From positions 832,001-896,000 of the forward strand of contig OY970368.1 of the NCBI GenBank assembly GCA_963718615.1: a stretch of 64,000 nt of DNA. The letters are read 5' to 3'. The stretch comes from an uncultured cyanobacterium (GTDB lineage: Bacteria; Cyanobacteriota; Cyanobacteriia; PCC-9006; JAAUQQ01). Shown in pieces: positions 20,879 through 30,697 of the stretch; within the stretch, counting starts at the first letter, position 1; each line of letters begins with the position of its first letter. The position numbers were made by a program, and so were the translations under genes. The notes beneath the pieces were generated by a model. That model was not told the DNA's origin. It was given only the letters and a program-made list of their open reading frames with translations, and did no database searches.

Positions 20879-21106
20879 CTAAGGCTTGGGGCTAGCGCTG
20901 TTCTCAATCTGGCGCAGCTCAGACTCCGTTCGTTGATTGGGATTGAGCTTGGGGTCCCAACTGGGAAATAGGCTAATCACAAATTGATTGAGGCTCTGCC
21001 GGGTCTGCAAACTCCATTCTCCAACGGGAGAGGGTAGGCGATCGCCTAGCGCCAAGAACAACAAAACAACTAACACCAAAATGGGAAATGTGGAGCGACG
21101 AGGCAT
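20879..21106 (-). CDS. Small membrane-anchored hypothetical protein
   Basis: 75 aa with an N-terminal hydrophobic segment and an 'aggag' RBS upstream. Confidence 0.65.
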   Translation of the reverse strand: MPRRSTFPILVLVVLLFLALGDRLPSPVGEWSLQTRQSLNQFVISLFPSWDPKLNPNQRTESELRQIENSASPKP

Positions 21107-21183
21107 AGCGAGCTCCTCCTCTAACGACGAGGATGTTGCATAGGTTGTGTTGTGTCAATTCTAACGACGGCCCTAGGAAACCA

Positions 21184-22623
21184 TCATCTGCCATCGCGCC
21201 CGAACGGCATTTTATGGTAGGGAAACTTGAGCTGATGTTCTAGATAAGCGGCGATCGCAATCAAGCGCGATTCTTCCCCCAACCGTCCAATTAGCTGAAT
21301 GCCAACGGGTAAGCCTGTGGGTGTAAAGCCTGTGGGGAGGGCGATCGCCGGCTGTCCGGTGACATTCACCCAAGGACAGGGCGCAATCCATTGGGCAATC
21401 CGCTCCATCACCCCCTCCGGCAACAAATCTTGCCAAGCCCCGACCGGAATCGGTGGAGAGAGATAGGTCGGTAAGACAATCGCGTCGTAGGTCTGGAGTT
21501 GCTCAACCCACTGGCGAGCCAGCACCTGCAACTGTTGTCGGGCTCGAATGTAGTCCCCCGCAGAACTGGCTTGGCTGAGGAGCCACTGGTTCATGGGCTC
21601 CAGCAGCTCGGTCGGCAGTCCCGCTGCCGCCACTTCTGAGCGCCACACCAGCTTAAAAGGCTCGATTAAGGCTGTGCAGTCTAGGTCCACGGCTTCAATG
21701 ATCGCCCCCGTTGCTTCCAGGAGGTGCGCAACCTCAACCACCGCCGCTTTGCAGATGGGGTCTGCCGCTTCAAAAGGCTGGAGGGTCGTCGCAACGCCCA
21801 CGTTGAGACCTTTGGGTAAGTCTGCTAGACGTTGAGCGGTCACTCGAAACGGTTCGGCGGGCAGCGGTAGGCTGTAGGGATCGCCGGGGAGGGAAAGGGC
21901 GATGGCATCCAACAGCGCCGCCGCATCCGCGACGGTGCGGCCTAGGGTTCCATGGGTGCCCATCCCCCCCAAAGAATCCCCCACTGGTGCACTAGAAACC
22001 CGCCCTCGTGAGGGTTTGATACCGACCACACCACAGCAAAACGCCGGTCCTCGAATGGACCCTCCCCCATCCGAGCCATGGGCCACACTGCAAAGTCCCG
22101 CCGCCACCGCTGCCGCCGCCCCACCGCTGCTACCCCCCGAGGTATAGTCCAAATTCCAGGGATTCCGGCTAGGGGGAAAACCAGGGGGTTCGCTGTAGGG
22201 CCAAGAGGCCAGTTGGGAAAGGGCCGTTTTGCCTAGAATGATTAACCCACTGCGTTTGATGAGCTGGACCACCCCATCGTCCAATTCTGCGATCTGTTCC
22301 CGTAACGCAGCCACCCCATAGGTGACGGGGAAACCCGCTAAGGCATTTAAGTCCTTAATCGTCGTCGGAATCCCCAATAAAAAGGGCAGCTCCTGGACTC
22401 GGTCCTGACGCCGAGCCACCTCAAGCTGCGCTGTTTTCTGCTGGGCATCGGCCCGAGCCACTTCACCTAAAACCGTGAAATAACTACCCAGTTGTTGGTC
22501 AAACCGATCAATACGACTCAGGTAAAGATCCACCAACTCCGTCGGTGAAAGTTCACCGGACCTCAGCCACTGGACCTGTTCAACAACGGGGGCTAGCGCC
22601 TCGATTGGCGTCTGCATGGACAT
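21184..22623 (-). CDS. Amidase-signature family protein
   Basis: IKDL...GGSSGGAAAAVA...GSDGGGSIRGPA. Confidence 0.93.
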   Translation of the reverse strand: MSMQTPIEALAPVVEQVQWLRSGELSPTELVDLYLSRIDRFDQQLGSYFTVLGEVARADAQQKTAQLEVARRQDRVQELPFLLGIPTTIKDLNALAGFPVTYGVAALREQIAELDDGVVQLIKRSGLIILGKTALSQLASWPYSEPPGFPPSRNPWNLDYTSGGSSGGAAAAVAAGLCSVAHGSDGGGSIRGPAFCCGVVGIKPSRGRVSSAPVGDSLGGMGTHGTLGRTVADAAALLDAIALSLPGDPYSLPLPAEPFRVTAQRLADLPKGLNVGVATTLQPFEAADPICKAAVVEVAHLLEATGAIIEAVDLDCTALIEPFKLVWRSEVAAAGLPTELLEPMNQWLLSQASSAGDYIRARQQLQVLARQWVEQLQTYDAIVLPTYLSPPIPVGAWQDLLPEGVMERIAQWIAPCPWVNVTGQPAIALPTGFTPTGLPVGIQLIGRLGEESRLIAIAAYLEHQLKFPYHKMPFGRDGR

Positions 22624-22772
22624 TTCTCCAAGGGTCTGTCGTTCGAGACCTCACACTTCGCCTGGGAGTGCTCAATAATAGGATTGAAAACACTCGCGTT
22701 TCTGAATGGATCGTTTCTGCCAAATAACCGGGCCACTAGCAAAACGGGTTACTAGTAAAACGGGGCGTTAAA

Positions 22773-23246
22773 TTAAGCAGAAGGAAAGGAACATTCAACG
22801 GTTACCTTGATATTACTCTCCGCTGCCCCTTTTGTGATGTAGGGGACTCCCATTTCGCCACTCATTTGGATACCAAATTCCAGTGTTACTTTATTGACAT
22901 TGGCGGCATTACCAAAGGGAGCCTGCTTAAAGATATTGAGGGTTTGCTGGGTATAGCCTTTGATGGTTTGCTCGATCGCGTGGAATTGCTGCCGAGGGAA
23001 AGGATGGGGGGTCTGGCTGTGAGACGTTGAGGCGATCGCTGCCCCCGCTCCCTGAAGCACCCGAGCTGAATTGTGCCAACCCTTGCCCACACGGGCTTCT
23101 CCTTCTGAGGCGTGCATCTCTGCGACCGACTGAATCGGTACCACTTTTGGCGTACAGATTGGTGTACAAAGCTGATCGTCGGTGGCTTCTAGGTAGATAA
23201 GGGTCCCGTCGTCCAACTGTAGGGGGGTAAGCTGAGACATACTCAT
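22773..23246 (-). CDS. Trypco1 / CU044_2847-like protein
   Basis: LQLDDGTLIYLEA...KVTLEFGIQMSGEMGVPYITKGAAESNIKVTVEC. Confidence 0.7.
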   Translation of the reverse strand: MSMSQLTPLQLDDGTLIYLEATDDQLCTPICTPKVVPIQSVAEMHASEGEARVGKGWHNSARVLQGAGAAIASTSHSQTPHPFPRQQFHAIEQTIKGYTQQTLNIFKQAPFGNAANVNKVTLEFGIQMSGEMGVPYITKGAAESNIKVTVECSFPSA

Positions 23247-23558
23247 TAGCCCTGATGATGTTGTGTTCCTAAGGTACTCAGGGAATAATTTAAGATGGCT
23301 CAGCGGATCTCCTGATTTTATTTTGGGCCAAAATAAAATCCCCGTAGAAGCGCTCAAGACAGGCTGGGTGAGGGTCTAAGCCCGACTGGAAGAGGGTTCG
23401 TGGCCCGTGAGGGGGGACGGTATCACGCTAGAATTCTCAAGCTAACCCTAGGGGAACTGGGCAGAAAATATAGGGGGAGAGAGTCTATTTATGATAGGCT
23501 GGATCTTCCGAGTGCTAATTTTTTGCTCCTCAAATCCGCTGTTATTCGTGAGGTAAAC

Positions 23559-23735
23559 ATGGCAAAGCGCCGCAATCTCAAGAAAGAGAAAGCGCTTCGG
23601 AACGAGGCCTACGCCCGCAAGTTCCGTAAGCGTCCCCAACGTGGCCGGTTTGGCCGTCGCTTCCAAGATAATCGTTCTTCATCTGCTGAGGAAGAAGATA
23701 AGCAAGAAGAGAACACTACTGCTGCCAGTGACTAG
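23559..23735 (+). CDS. Small basic/acidic hypothetical protein (58 aa)
   Basis: MAKRRNLKKEKALRNEAYARKFRKR..., with a 'gaggt' RBS upstream. Confidence 0.75.
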   Translation: MAKRRNLKKEKALRNEAYARKFRKRPQRGRFGRRFQDNRSSSAEEEDKQEENTTAASD

Positions 23736-23775
23736 ACTGCCAGTAACTAGACTGCCAGTGATTAGACTACCAATG
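23721..23775. repeat. 15-bp tandem repeat (ctgccagtgactaga-like, 3-4 copies)
   Basis: ctgccagtgactaga ctgccagtaactaga ctgccagtgattaga ctacca. Confidence 0.8.
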
Positions 23776-23849
23776 CTAATCGGTTGCTGCGTTAGGATAG
23801 GAGCACTGTAAATCGGTGCTGGAAAAGTGCTTGAAAAAAGTGCTGCTCG

Positions 23850-24716
23850 ATGGTCCGTGGGGGAATGCCTGTGGATGAGCTAAGGGAAGCCCTGGTCTTG
23901 GCAAGCGATGATGAACGAGAGAGTCTCATCGAGCTGCTATTTCGTCCCCGCTTTAACCCCCTGGACTATGTTCAAACCCTCTCTCCCGAAGCGGTTCGGA
24001 ATCTGCCCTATGGTGAACAATGTAGGGCGATCGAGTCGCGTCTTTATTTTTTAGCAGCGGATGGCTTGACGGTTTTGCGAGGGCAAACCCGTCGGTTGAG
24101 ATATCACCATCTGCTTTTACAAGCTTGTCAGTTTCTGCGGATTTCCTGTCAACCCCACTATTCGGTTACAGAGCTAGAGGCAGAGCTGTTTTTGCATGTT
24201 TTGCAGCAGTCTTGGAAACAACTGCCCGCTGCGGAGCGATCGCTACTCGCCGAGCAAATCCACAGCTCACTGCGGCAAAATAGCCAAGGCTTCTCAGCCT
24301 CTACTCCAGGGTTGCAGCGGGATACGCTACGTCTGGCCTTGGAGGGGGGAAGTGCCCTGGCTCTGAGTGCGGTTATTCGTCCCCTGGTGCTGGAACAAAT
24401 TGCGCGCCAAATTATGCTGCATACGGCGAAGCGTCAAGTGGCTCGGGAAGCGCTGAAGCAGGGCGGCAGCGCAGCGGCTCGTATGCAGGGCTACGTGGCT
24501 GCCCAGATGGCAGGACGCGGGGTAGCGGTCAACCTGGCCCGATATAGTGCGGCGCGAAGTCTGTTGGCGTTTTTGGGGCCAGCGCTGTGGGCTTGGTTTT
24601 TTGCGGATTTGGGGTGGCGGGCGATCGCCACCAACCACAGCCGTACGATTCCAGCGCTGTTTCTCCTGGCTCAAATTCGCTTAACCCGTGCCGAATATTC
24701 TGCAGAAGCATCCTGA
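23850..24716 (+). CDS. YaaW-family protein
   Basis: DELREALVLASDDE...FNPLDY...FLAADGLTVLRG...DLGWRAIATN. Confidence 0.8.
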   Translation: MVRGGMPVDELREALVLASDDERESLIELLFRPRFNPLDYVQTLSPEAVRNLPYGEQCRAIESRLYFLAADGLTVLRGQTRRLRYHHLLLQACQFLRISCQPHYSVTELEAELFLHVLQQSWKQLPAAERSLLAEQIHSSLRQNSQGFSASTPGLQRDTLRLALEGGSALALSAVIRPLVLEQIARQIMLHTAKRQVAREALKQGGSAAARMQGYVAAQMAGRGVAVNLARYSAARSLLAFLGPALWAWFFADLGWRAIATNHSRTIPALFLLAQIRLTRAEYSAEAS

Positions 24717-26030
24717 CCCGCCCCTGCGAGGAGCCTGGTTTTGTACCCAGCTTGGTGTTTTGACCTTGCCATGGATTCCGCTCCTGGGCGGGCTCTTGCT
24801 GTTGGCTAGTGCGATTCAGGTGACGATTCAGCGCCCTGGGGTGATGCTGAGGCGACCGCTAAATTGGGGCTTGGCGCTCTTGGGGGCAGGGATGGCGATC
24901 GCCAGCCTCAATGCTGTCTATCGGGGCGATGCATTCCTTGGGCTCGTGCATTTTTTACCTTACTTTTGGCTCATGGCAGCCCAGGCCGAACTCACGGGTC
25001 GTCCCCAGCAGCTACAGCAGATCGCTCGCCTAGTGGTATTGCCCGTGATCCCCATGGTGATCATTGGCCTGGGCGAACTCTGGGGGGGCTGGTCTGCGCC
25101 ATCGTTGTTGTGGGGCTTGCTTCCCTGGCCGATGCAGCCCTACGGGACTCCGCCAGGGCGTATGTCGGCATTATTGGGCTATGCCACGAATTTAGCCCTG
25201 TATTTGATGCTGACCTGGAGTTTGGGGCTGGGGCTCTGGTGTATGGCCTATCAACGCTTGCGCCAATCGCCTTCCCGTTTGACCTGGGGGTGGCTAGGGG
25301 GGTGGACCCTGGTGCTGCTGCTCAACGGGGTGGGTTTGGTTTTGACCCAATCCCGCAGCGCTTGGGGGTTGGCCCTACTGTCGGCCTTTGCTGTGGCGGT
25401 TTGCTTTCGTTGGTATGCATGGGTCGGGAGCGTCCTCGGGTTTGCGGGGGCGGTTCTGGGGGCTGCCTTTAGCCCTGTGGGTCAACGCCCCCTGCGTCAG
25501 CTTATTCCTAGCTTTTTTGGGCGCGGCTCACCGATCAAAACTTTTCCGATCGCCCCCTTCCCACCCTCCGCAGCAGCCAATGGCAATTTGCTCTAGAGTT
25601 GATTCACCAACGGCCCTGGCTGGGTTGGGGATTGCGCAATTTTAGTCCGCTGTACGAGGCCAAAACCCAGGTTTGGATGGGCCATCCCCATAATCTGTTT
25701 TTGATGCTGGGGGCTGAAATCGGCGTACCTTTAACCCTCAGTCTAATGGGATTAATGGGCTGGATTTTTTTTCAGGGGACGCGTTATTGGCTTAGGGAAA
25801 ACTTTTTACAGACAGAAAAATGGCGATTTCCCCTCCACCCACTGTGCTTTGGAAGCTTTTTATTAGCCTTTGCCAACGCCACTTTATTTCATACGTTTGA
25901 TGTTTTAATCTTCGATTTCCGTATAAACGCGTTGGTCTGGATCATAATCTCGCAAATTCTCGGAGAGTTTTATCTTTCGACGATGGGCAATCTTAACTTA
26001 AGGCGCTCAGAGCCCTCTGAACGCGCTTAA
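24688..26030 (+). pseudogene. O-antigen ligase (Wzy_C) family gene, frameshifted at a T6 tract (25513-25518)
   Basis: N-part contains LTQSRSAW; C-part contains RPWLGWG...HPHNLFL. Adding one T gives ...IPSFFWARLTDQNFSDRP...QWQFALELIHQRPW. Confidence 0.85.
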
Positions 26031-26366
26031 GTGCAAAGCCCTTGCGAACGTCTCCTGTGGCGATCGCTGAAGTTCAATCCACGACCTTGCAGTTTTAGCA
26101 ACTTAGTAAATTTCCATTCTTTTGGGAACTACTAAAGCAAGAACTGAATCTCAACAAAGGGATAAACCACAATTGGGAGGAACCTGTCATCACAGCCCTC
26201 TTTTTTCTCCGGTTTATTCTAGCGTTTAGGCCTTAATATGCCCCCTTCAATTAAGACCCCAAGGCAACGTCTTGAACTTTCACATCAGTGTGCAGGCTAC
26301 CCCTGCGATCAGGTCAGCACTGGAACTCTTTGGCTGCAAAACTATTGCCCTGATGTAGCAAGTCCT

Positions 26367-26768
26367 ATGAAATTTGAAGATATTTACGACTTCTTTCGCA
26401 ATCCGCCACCAAACTATCTAAACAAGGAACTGGCCGTTTGCTACGTACTTTCTGTTTTGTTGCGCCACGACTCCTACGGCACTGAGCTGATTCAGCTGCT
26501 GGAAACGGAGTATCCTGCCTATCGTTTGTCCGATACGGTGCTCTACAGCGCCCTCAAATTCCTGGAATCTGAAGGCGTGATCACCGGTTACTGGAAGAAA
26601 GTGGAAGGTCGGGGCCGTCCTCGTCGGATGTACCAGATCGATGCCAAATGGCGCGAGCGTAGCGAGGAAATGGCTCAGCTGTGGCAGAGCTACATTCTCC
26701 AGCAAAGCGGTACCAGCGGTCCGATCGCCCATACTCCCTCTGCCACCAGTATGGCTGCTTCTCGCTAG
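26367..26768 (+). CDS. pex: PadR-family circadian period extender
   Basis: MKFEDIYDFFRNPPP...ELAVCYVL...RLSDTVLYSALKFLE...GRGRPRRMY. Confidence 0.85.
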   Translation: MKFEDIYDFFRNPPPNYLNKELAVCYVLSVLLRHDSYGTELIQLLETEYPAYRLSDTVLYSALKFLESEGVITGYWKKVEGRGRPRRMYQIDAKWRERSEEMAQLWQSYILQQSGTSGPIAHTPSATSMAASR

Positions 26769-26954
26769 GGGAATTAGGCCCGAGTGCCTAATTTAGACCC
26801 AGTTCTCTATGGGGTTGCAGTTCTGAATCTCGATAGAATAACAAAGGGCAAATTTTTAGATGCTTGGGGCTGTCCGCACCGGTGGTGGCCCTCATCTTCT
26901 TGCCCAACGAACTGCAACCTCAAGGGAAACTCTCGGGCCGCTATGGGTCATACA

Positions 26955-27521
26955 ATGGGTCATACAACTATTACTTCGACCTTCTTGCTCACGCTATTGC
27001 TGTTAGTGGGCCTCTTTTTCTTTATTCGCGCCTCAGCCAAGGATCGAACGGAGCAGCTCCGTTTAGCTTCCGCTGAGTCCGTCGAGACCCTGCACCAACA
27101 GCTCAAGGATTATCTTGATGGTCGGGCTTATCGCGTCAAGGCTTTTGAAGGAGAAAATGGACGGGTCATTTGGGAAGGGTGGGTTCAGCCCAGTCTCGGA
27201 TTGGCTTTCTTTCTTTCTTTCTTAGCGGCGGTGGGTTTGTTCTGCTTGGCGCTGGTTTTGCAACTTGCGGTTCCCCAGGGAGGATCCCTGTGGCTGGGGG
27301 TGCTGCTGCTTTGTCCCTTGGCAGGCTGGTTCTACTGGAACAAAGCGGGTCGACTGGAAGAAGTGACCTACCGAATCTTGTCGGTTCAAGGGGCCACCGA
27401 TCTTCTAGACGTGACTCCTCCTGCTACGGCCCAGAGCATTTTGAAGATTGCAGCCCATCGTGATGAGCTGTTGTCATTACAGCAGGCCATCGCCCTCCAA
27501 GCCCTGGAACCAGCGAACTAA
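26955..27521 (+). CDS. Cofactor assembly of complex C subunit B (CCB1-like)
   Basis: STFLLTLLLLVGLFFFIRASAKDRT...AHRDEL. The start region has a 12-bp duplication (ATG at 26943 and 26955). Confidence 0.85.
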   Translation: MGHTTITSTFLLTLLLLVGLFFFIRASAKDRTEQLRLASAESVETLHQQLKDYLDGRAYRVKAFEGENGRVIWEGWVQPSLGLAFFLSFLAAVGLFCLALVLQLAVPQGGSLWLGVLLLCPLAGWFYWNKAGRLEEVTYRILSVQGATDLLDVTPPATAQSILKIAAHRDELLSLQQAIALQALEPAN

Positions 27522-27580
27522 GCTGTTCTCCCAAGGATCATCTTGCCAAGGATCTGCCGAGAATCCTCCTGAGGATCTGC

Positions 27581-27868
27581 CTAGGGTCCGGCGAAAATTG
27601 CATCTTCCAAGTCCCGACGGCTTAGGGAGTAGGGAAAGGACCGCTGAATATGGGGGCGATCGCCCGACTGGTGTTGATAGGCTACGACAATTTGCTCCAC
27701 ATCCAGCTCTAGATCCGCAGACCAGGTCTCACGGGTCACACGCCAACAATTGCGGTTCTCTTCATCTTGATGGCAGCCTTGTTGTGCGAGCCAAACTTCG
27801 ATCGCTAAGAGGGAATGGTTGTAGAGAGGGGTCTCGGCGGCAGGCAAACTGGTGGAGGATAGGCTCAT
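27581..27868 (-). CDS. DUF3143-family protein
   Basis: LPAAETPLYNHSLLAIEVWL...RSFPYSLSRRDLEDAIFAGP. Confidence 0.85.
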   Translation of the reverse strand: MSLSSTSLPAAETPLYNHSLLAIEVWLAQQGCHQDEENRNCWRVTRETWSADLELDVEQIVVAYQHQSGDRPHIQRSFPYSLSRRDLEDAIFAGP

Positions 27869-27935
27869 CGGTCTTGGGGACAGTTAGGGACAGGCGCAGA
27901 GTCTTAAAGGCTGTCTCCATGCTACCGCTTTGCCG

Positions 27936-28448
27936 CTAAGGTAACGATTGAGTCTGGCTGGCTGGCTGAAGGAAGTCGGAGGGCTGCTGCCAACTGGGGA
28001 TGGGCATGAGGGCTTCTCCATGGGCTAATCCAAGGGCGATCGCCAGCACCAAACACCCCACGAGCGTCAGCCCCAACAGTAAGAGCGCAAAAAGTTCACC
28101 AGAGGAGAGGGGACGCTCGCCAGGTTCTAAATAGGCCGATGAGCCCGTCTGGATCGGTCTGGGGGTGGGGCTTGGGGTTGGCGGTTGAGGCGGGAAGGGA
28201 GAAGCTGCTCGCGATTGTAGGCGAGTCTGGCCTTGTAGCTGGTCATAGCGAAGCCGCTGGGCGGGGTCGCTGAGAATGCGATAGGCCTCTTGCAATTGTT
28301 CAAATTTGAGCCGGGCCTGGTCGAGGGGGAGTTGAGTGGTATCGGGATGGAAATGTTTGCTGCGATCGCGATGGGCTCGGCGGATTTGTTCGAGCGAGGC
28401 CTGGGTACTCACACCGAGTAATTGGTAGTAATCCGGCAGTTTGTCCAT
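27936..28448 (-). CDS. J-domain (DnaJ-like) membrane protein
   Basis: DYYQLLGV...FHPD...EAYRILSDP, with a C-terminal TM helix. Confidence 0.88.
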   Translation of the reverse strand: MDKLPDYYQLLGVSTQASLEQIRRAHRDRSKHFHPDTTQLPLDQARLKFEQLQEAYRILSDPAQRLRYDQLQGQTRLQSRAASPFPPQPPTPSPTPRPIQTGSSAYLEPGERPLSSGELFALLLLGLTLVGCLVLAIALGLAHGEALMPIPSWQQPSDFLQPASQTQSLP

Positions 28449-28542
28449 CGTCTGGATAAATCCTTGCTCAACGCTCAGCCTGTCAAATTTACGAAATCCA
28501 CTCAATCCAGAATAAATCCACCATGAAAGGGTTTTCTAGGGT

Positions 28543-28584
28543 TGTCAAGTTGAGGCTGTCAAGTTGAGGCTGTCAAGTTGAGGC
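28543..28584. repeat. 14-bp perfect tandem repeat x3
   Basis: tgtcaagttgaggc three times. Confidence 0.9.
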
Positions 28585-28592
28585 TACGGCCT

Positions 28593-29681
28593 CTAGTCAG
28601 AATTCTCAGGCGTGAGGGCAGACTGGGCCTGAAGCTTGCGGAAAAGTTTGTACATTTCCGGTAAGCGCTCATACAAGATCGCAGCCCGCAGCCAAATCTT
28701 GTGGGGGATGGCCGGATATCCCGAGACGACGACACCCGGCTCTACATTGGAGTGGACCCCGGCCTTAGAGGAAATCGTCACACCATTGCCGACGGTGGCG
28801 CGGTTGCTGATGCCCACTTGGCCTGCAATGATGACGCGATCGCCCACGGTCACCCCACCGGCCAAGCCGGTTTGAGCGGCGATCGCCCCATTTTTGCCCA
28901 CCTGACAACCATGGCCAATGTGCACCATGTTATCCAGTTTGGTGTTCGCTCCGATCCGGGTTTCGCCTACCGCCGGACGATCGACTGCGCTATTGGAGCC
29001 AATTTCGACACCGTCTTCAAGCACAACCTGACCAGATTGCTCCATCTTGAACCAGCCCTCGGGCAAGGGCACAAAGCCAAAGCCCTCCGCGCCGATCACG
29101 GCTCCGCTGTGGATGACGCAGTCTGCGCCGATTTGGGTACGTTCGTGGATGGTGCAGTTGCTGTGGAGGTGGGTGCGATCGCCCAGGGTAACGCCGGGAT
29201 AGAGCACTACGTTGGCTTGGACACAGACGCGATCGCCAATCGTACAACCGGGATAGATCACCACATGGGGGCCAATGCTGACGTCTTGCCCCAGTTTGAC
29301 TGTGGGGTCGATGATAGCGCTGGGATGGATTTGGGGCTCGGGGCGGAATGGTTGGTAGAAGAGGGCGATCGCCTGGGCAAAGGCCAACCGAGGATAGGGC
29401 ACCGCAATCCAAGCCAATCCCCGTGCCGTGGCCTGCTCATGCATCTCGGTGTTTTTGAGGGGCAGAATGATGGCACTAGCCTGGGTGGTATGAATGAGGC
29501 GGGCGTAGGGGCTAGCGCCTTCGATATAGCTGAGTTGGCCGATTTGAGCGGCTTCTAAATCTTCAACACCCGTCAGTGATATATCCTCTGCCCAGTGGGA
29601 TACGCAGGCATTCCCCTGGGCTGTGGTGAGTCGTTCGAAGACCTGACTGATGGGGATAAGATCCCCGGTTTCGATTGCCAT
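28593..29681 (-). CDS. lpxD: UDP-3-O-acylglucosamine N-acyltransferase
   Basis: Hexapeptide repeats; GAEGFGF; KLDNMVHIGH. Confidence 0.96.
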   Translation of the reverse strand: MAIETGDLIPISQVFERLTTAQGNACVSHWAEDISLTGVEDLEAAQIGQLSYIEGASPYARLIHTTQASAIILPLKNTEMHEQATARGLAWIAVPYPRLAFAQAIALFYQPFRPEPQIHPSAIIDPTVKLGQDVSIGPHVVIYPGCTIGDRVCVQANVVLYPGVTLGDRTHLHSNCTIHERTQIGADCVIHSGAVIGAEGFGFVPLPEGWFKMEQSGQVVLEDGVEIGSNSAVDRPAVGETRIGANTKLDNMVHIGHGCQVGKNGAIAAQTGLAGGVTVGDRVIIAGQVGISNRATVGNGVTISSKAGVHSNVEPGVVVSGYPAIPHKIWLRAAILYERLPEMYKLFRKLQAQSALTPENSD

Positions 29682-29821
29682 ATCGTCGGCTCAGCTTCTT
29701 GGTTTCAGCACTGTCTGGCAATTTTACCAAGAATCTCCGCCTCACCACTCCCTAACCTTTCGGGTATAGGCGGAGCACTGCGGAGATTCTTGGTAGAAGT
29801 CTTAATTGTTGGTTCTTGTTG

Positions 29822-30622
29822 CTAAAGTACGTTATCGATCCATCGCAAAACTTCATTTTTAAGAACCGAAATATCCCGATAAAGCTCCTGCTTCATCCAC
29901 TGGCCAATCGCATCCAAAGGTGAAAAGTCCTGACGGGTTTGCCACTGCACATCTTGGCCCATGGGCGTCAGATGATTGCCGTTGAGCCGTTGGATGGTTG
30001 TAGATTTGGGGAAGCGGCGTTCTAGGACTGTGGCGATCGCCTTCGTCTGGTCAAGGGTATCCGAGCGAAACTTCACCAGCAAATTGCGCGGCACATTGTA
30101 ATACCGATCAATCAGATGCAATGTTTTTTCAGGCGAAGGCGTAAACTCCATTTCCAAATTAATATTGGGTGCAACCTGGGTTAAAAAAGGCGATAAATTC
30201 GGCGCAACTTGAGCAAAAAATGGAATCGCTTGACGGGCAGGATAATTGTTAAAAGCCATCAGAATATTGGCCGATCGTTCCACTTCATAGGTACTTCCAA
30301 TCAGCAGATGTAATTTGCATCCCATGCTGTGGCCTAGACCATAGATAGGCAGTTCTTGTACTGGCAACGCTCCGTCATAACGCAAGCGTTTGAGCAGCGA
30401 TTCAAAGCGGGTAACCACATCTTCGGCGATCGCCTCATGGTCAAAGGTATTGATAAACGGCGTGGCAATCACCGCATAGCCCTCGCGATACAGCGCTTCC
30501 AGCAACCAGCGATAGGTTACCTGGGGAGCCGCCGCAATAAATGCTCCACCTAGGAAATGAATAATCCCTCGGGGATGGGGCGGAATCAAAAGCCAATTGC
30601 CGAACCGTTCTTGCCAATCCAT
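29822..30622 (-). CDS. DUF1350 alpha/beta-hydrolase family protein
   Basis: IHFLGGAFIAAAPQVTY...GHSMGCKLH...GNHLTP. Confidence 0.88.
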   Translation of the reverse strand: MDWQERFGNWLLIPPHPRGIIHFLGGAFIAAAPQVTYRWLLEALYREGYAVIATPFINTFDHEAIAEDVVTRFESLLKRLRYDGALPVQELPIYGLGHSMGCKLHLLIGSTYEVERSANILMAFNNYPARQAIPFFAQVAPNLSPFLTQVAPNINLEMEFTPSPEKTLHLIDRYYNVPRNLLVKFRSDTLDQTKAIATVLERRFPKSTTIQRLNGNHLTPMGQDVQWQTRQDFSPLDAIGQWMKQELYRDISVLKNEVLRWIDNVL

Positions 30623-30697
30623 TGCGCCTGAATGATCTGATCGAGTGAGATCTGATGAGTAATCTGAGCTGAGCTGTTTTAACAAGCCCTCCTCAGT

